Positions 63,454 through 64,000 of a DNA stretch of 64,000 bases are shown here, piece after piece. The notes under the pieces are model-generated. The model saw only the letters and a list, made by a program, of their open reading frames with translations. It had not been told where the DNA came from and did not search any database. This DNA is from Christensenellaceae bacterium (GTDB lineage Bacteria > Bacillota > Clostridia > Christensenellales > Borkfalkiaceae). Location: NCBI GenBank assembly GCA_045589175.1, contig JAZNFS010000033.1, positions 90,734 to 154,733 of the forward strand, in the 5' to 3' direction. The position numbers and the translations under genes are program-made. Within the stretch, counting starts at the first letter, position 1. Each line of letters opens with the position of its first letter.

Positions 63454-64000
63454 TTGTAAAAAACGAATTTTTCAGCTAAAAATAATTGTTTAACAGTGTT
63501 TCATACTTGTTTTGTGAGCGTTTTTTGCTCATTTTTTACAGTTTTTAGTTGTTTTACTAGTCTAACAATAATTGTTTGATATTAATTTTGTGTTTTTCTT
63601 CGTGAAACACTATTGTTTCACATTTTTAGCTATTAGAATTAATCGGCTAAAGAAAAATATATTGTTTTTCTATAAATAAAAAATCAAAAATTCGGCATAA
63701 AATCTACAATTTTAAAACTTTAAAACTTTTTATTAATTAATAGGAATATTTAAAATGTTTCACGAGAAACAATTTTTTATCGCTTATCAAGTTTCACGTG
63801 AAACACGCAAATTTTTAAAAATTTATTCTAATCAAAAATCATAGTTATTAATGAACGTAACCCCATTATTTTTATGATTGTTGATTAGATATTTTTAAAT
63901 AAAAGCGCGACCATTTTTAAATATCATTTAGCAATAAAAGTTTATGTTGCTTTAACGATTGAATTAAAAAACAACCTTTTAAAAAAAATATTAAATAAAT

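Overview
This 64 kb window looks like chromosomal DNA from a low-GC, spore-forming Firmicute (Clostridia-like). It carries yabP-yabQ-divIC and spmA-spmB, and ribosome-binding sites are AGGAGG-like. Conserved housekeeping genes form the backbone: mgtE, gyrB-gyrA, miaA, the metG-tatD-rsmA operon, tilS-hpt-nrnA, surE and gltX. They are interspersed with several accessory islets.

- **Four-gene array downstream of rsmA (24.8-29.5 kb).** It encodes a zinc-ribbon/TIR-like protein with three DUF6273-like repeats, two stand-alone DUF6273-like proteins and a GtrA-like membrane protein with a poly-acidic tail. Three of these genes are preceded by an identical ~27-nt motif. I consider this the best candidate for an undescribed (possibly defence-related) system.
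- **HTH plus Bro-N/Fic gene pair** between mgtE and gyrA.
- **A DUF559 (Vsr-like) gene set in GC-rich repeat elements**, inserted between two paralogous nrnA-type DHH phosphoesterase genes.
- **A 12 kb minus-strand locus** that pairs an SNase-type nuclease lipoprotein and a 1483-aa multi-OB-fold surface lipoprotein with a CUT1-type ABC importer. I read it as a candidate extracellular-DNA scavenging system.
- **Two paralogous SPFH-domain proteins**, each with a C-terminal double zinc ribbon.
- **A recurrent TGTGAAACA-containing composite motif** in the intergenic regions of the last 4 kb.

No rRNA genes, tRNA genes or CRISPR arrays were seen. All calls come from manual reading of the sequence and the ORF translations. 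Domain names are from memory of family motifs, not from database searches.
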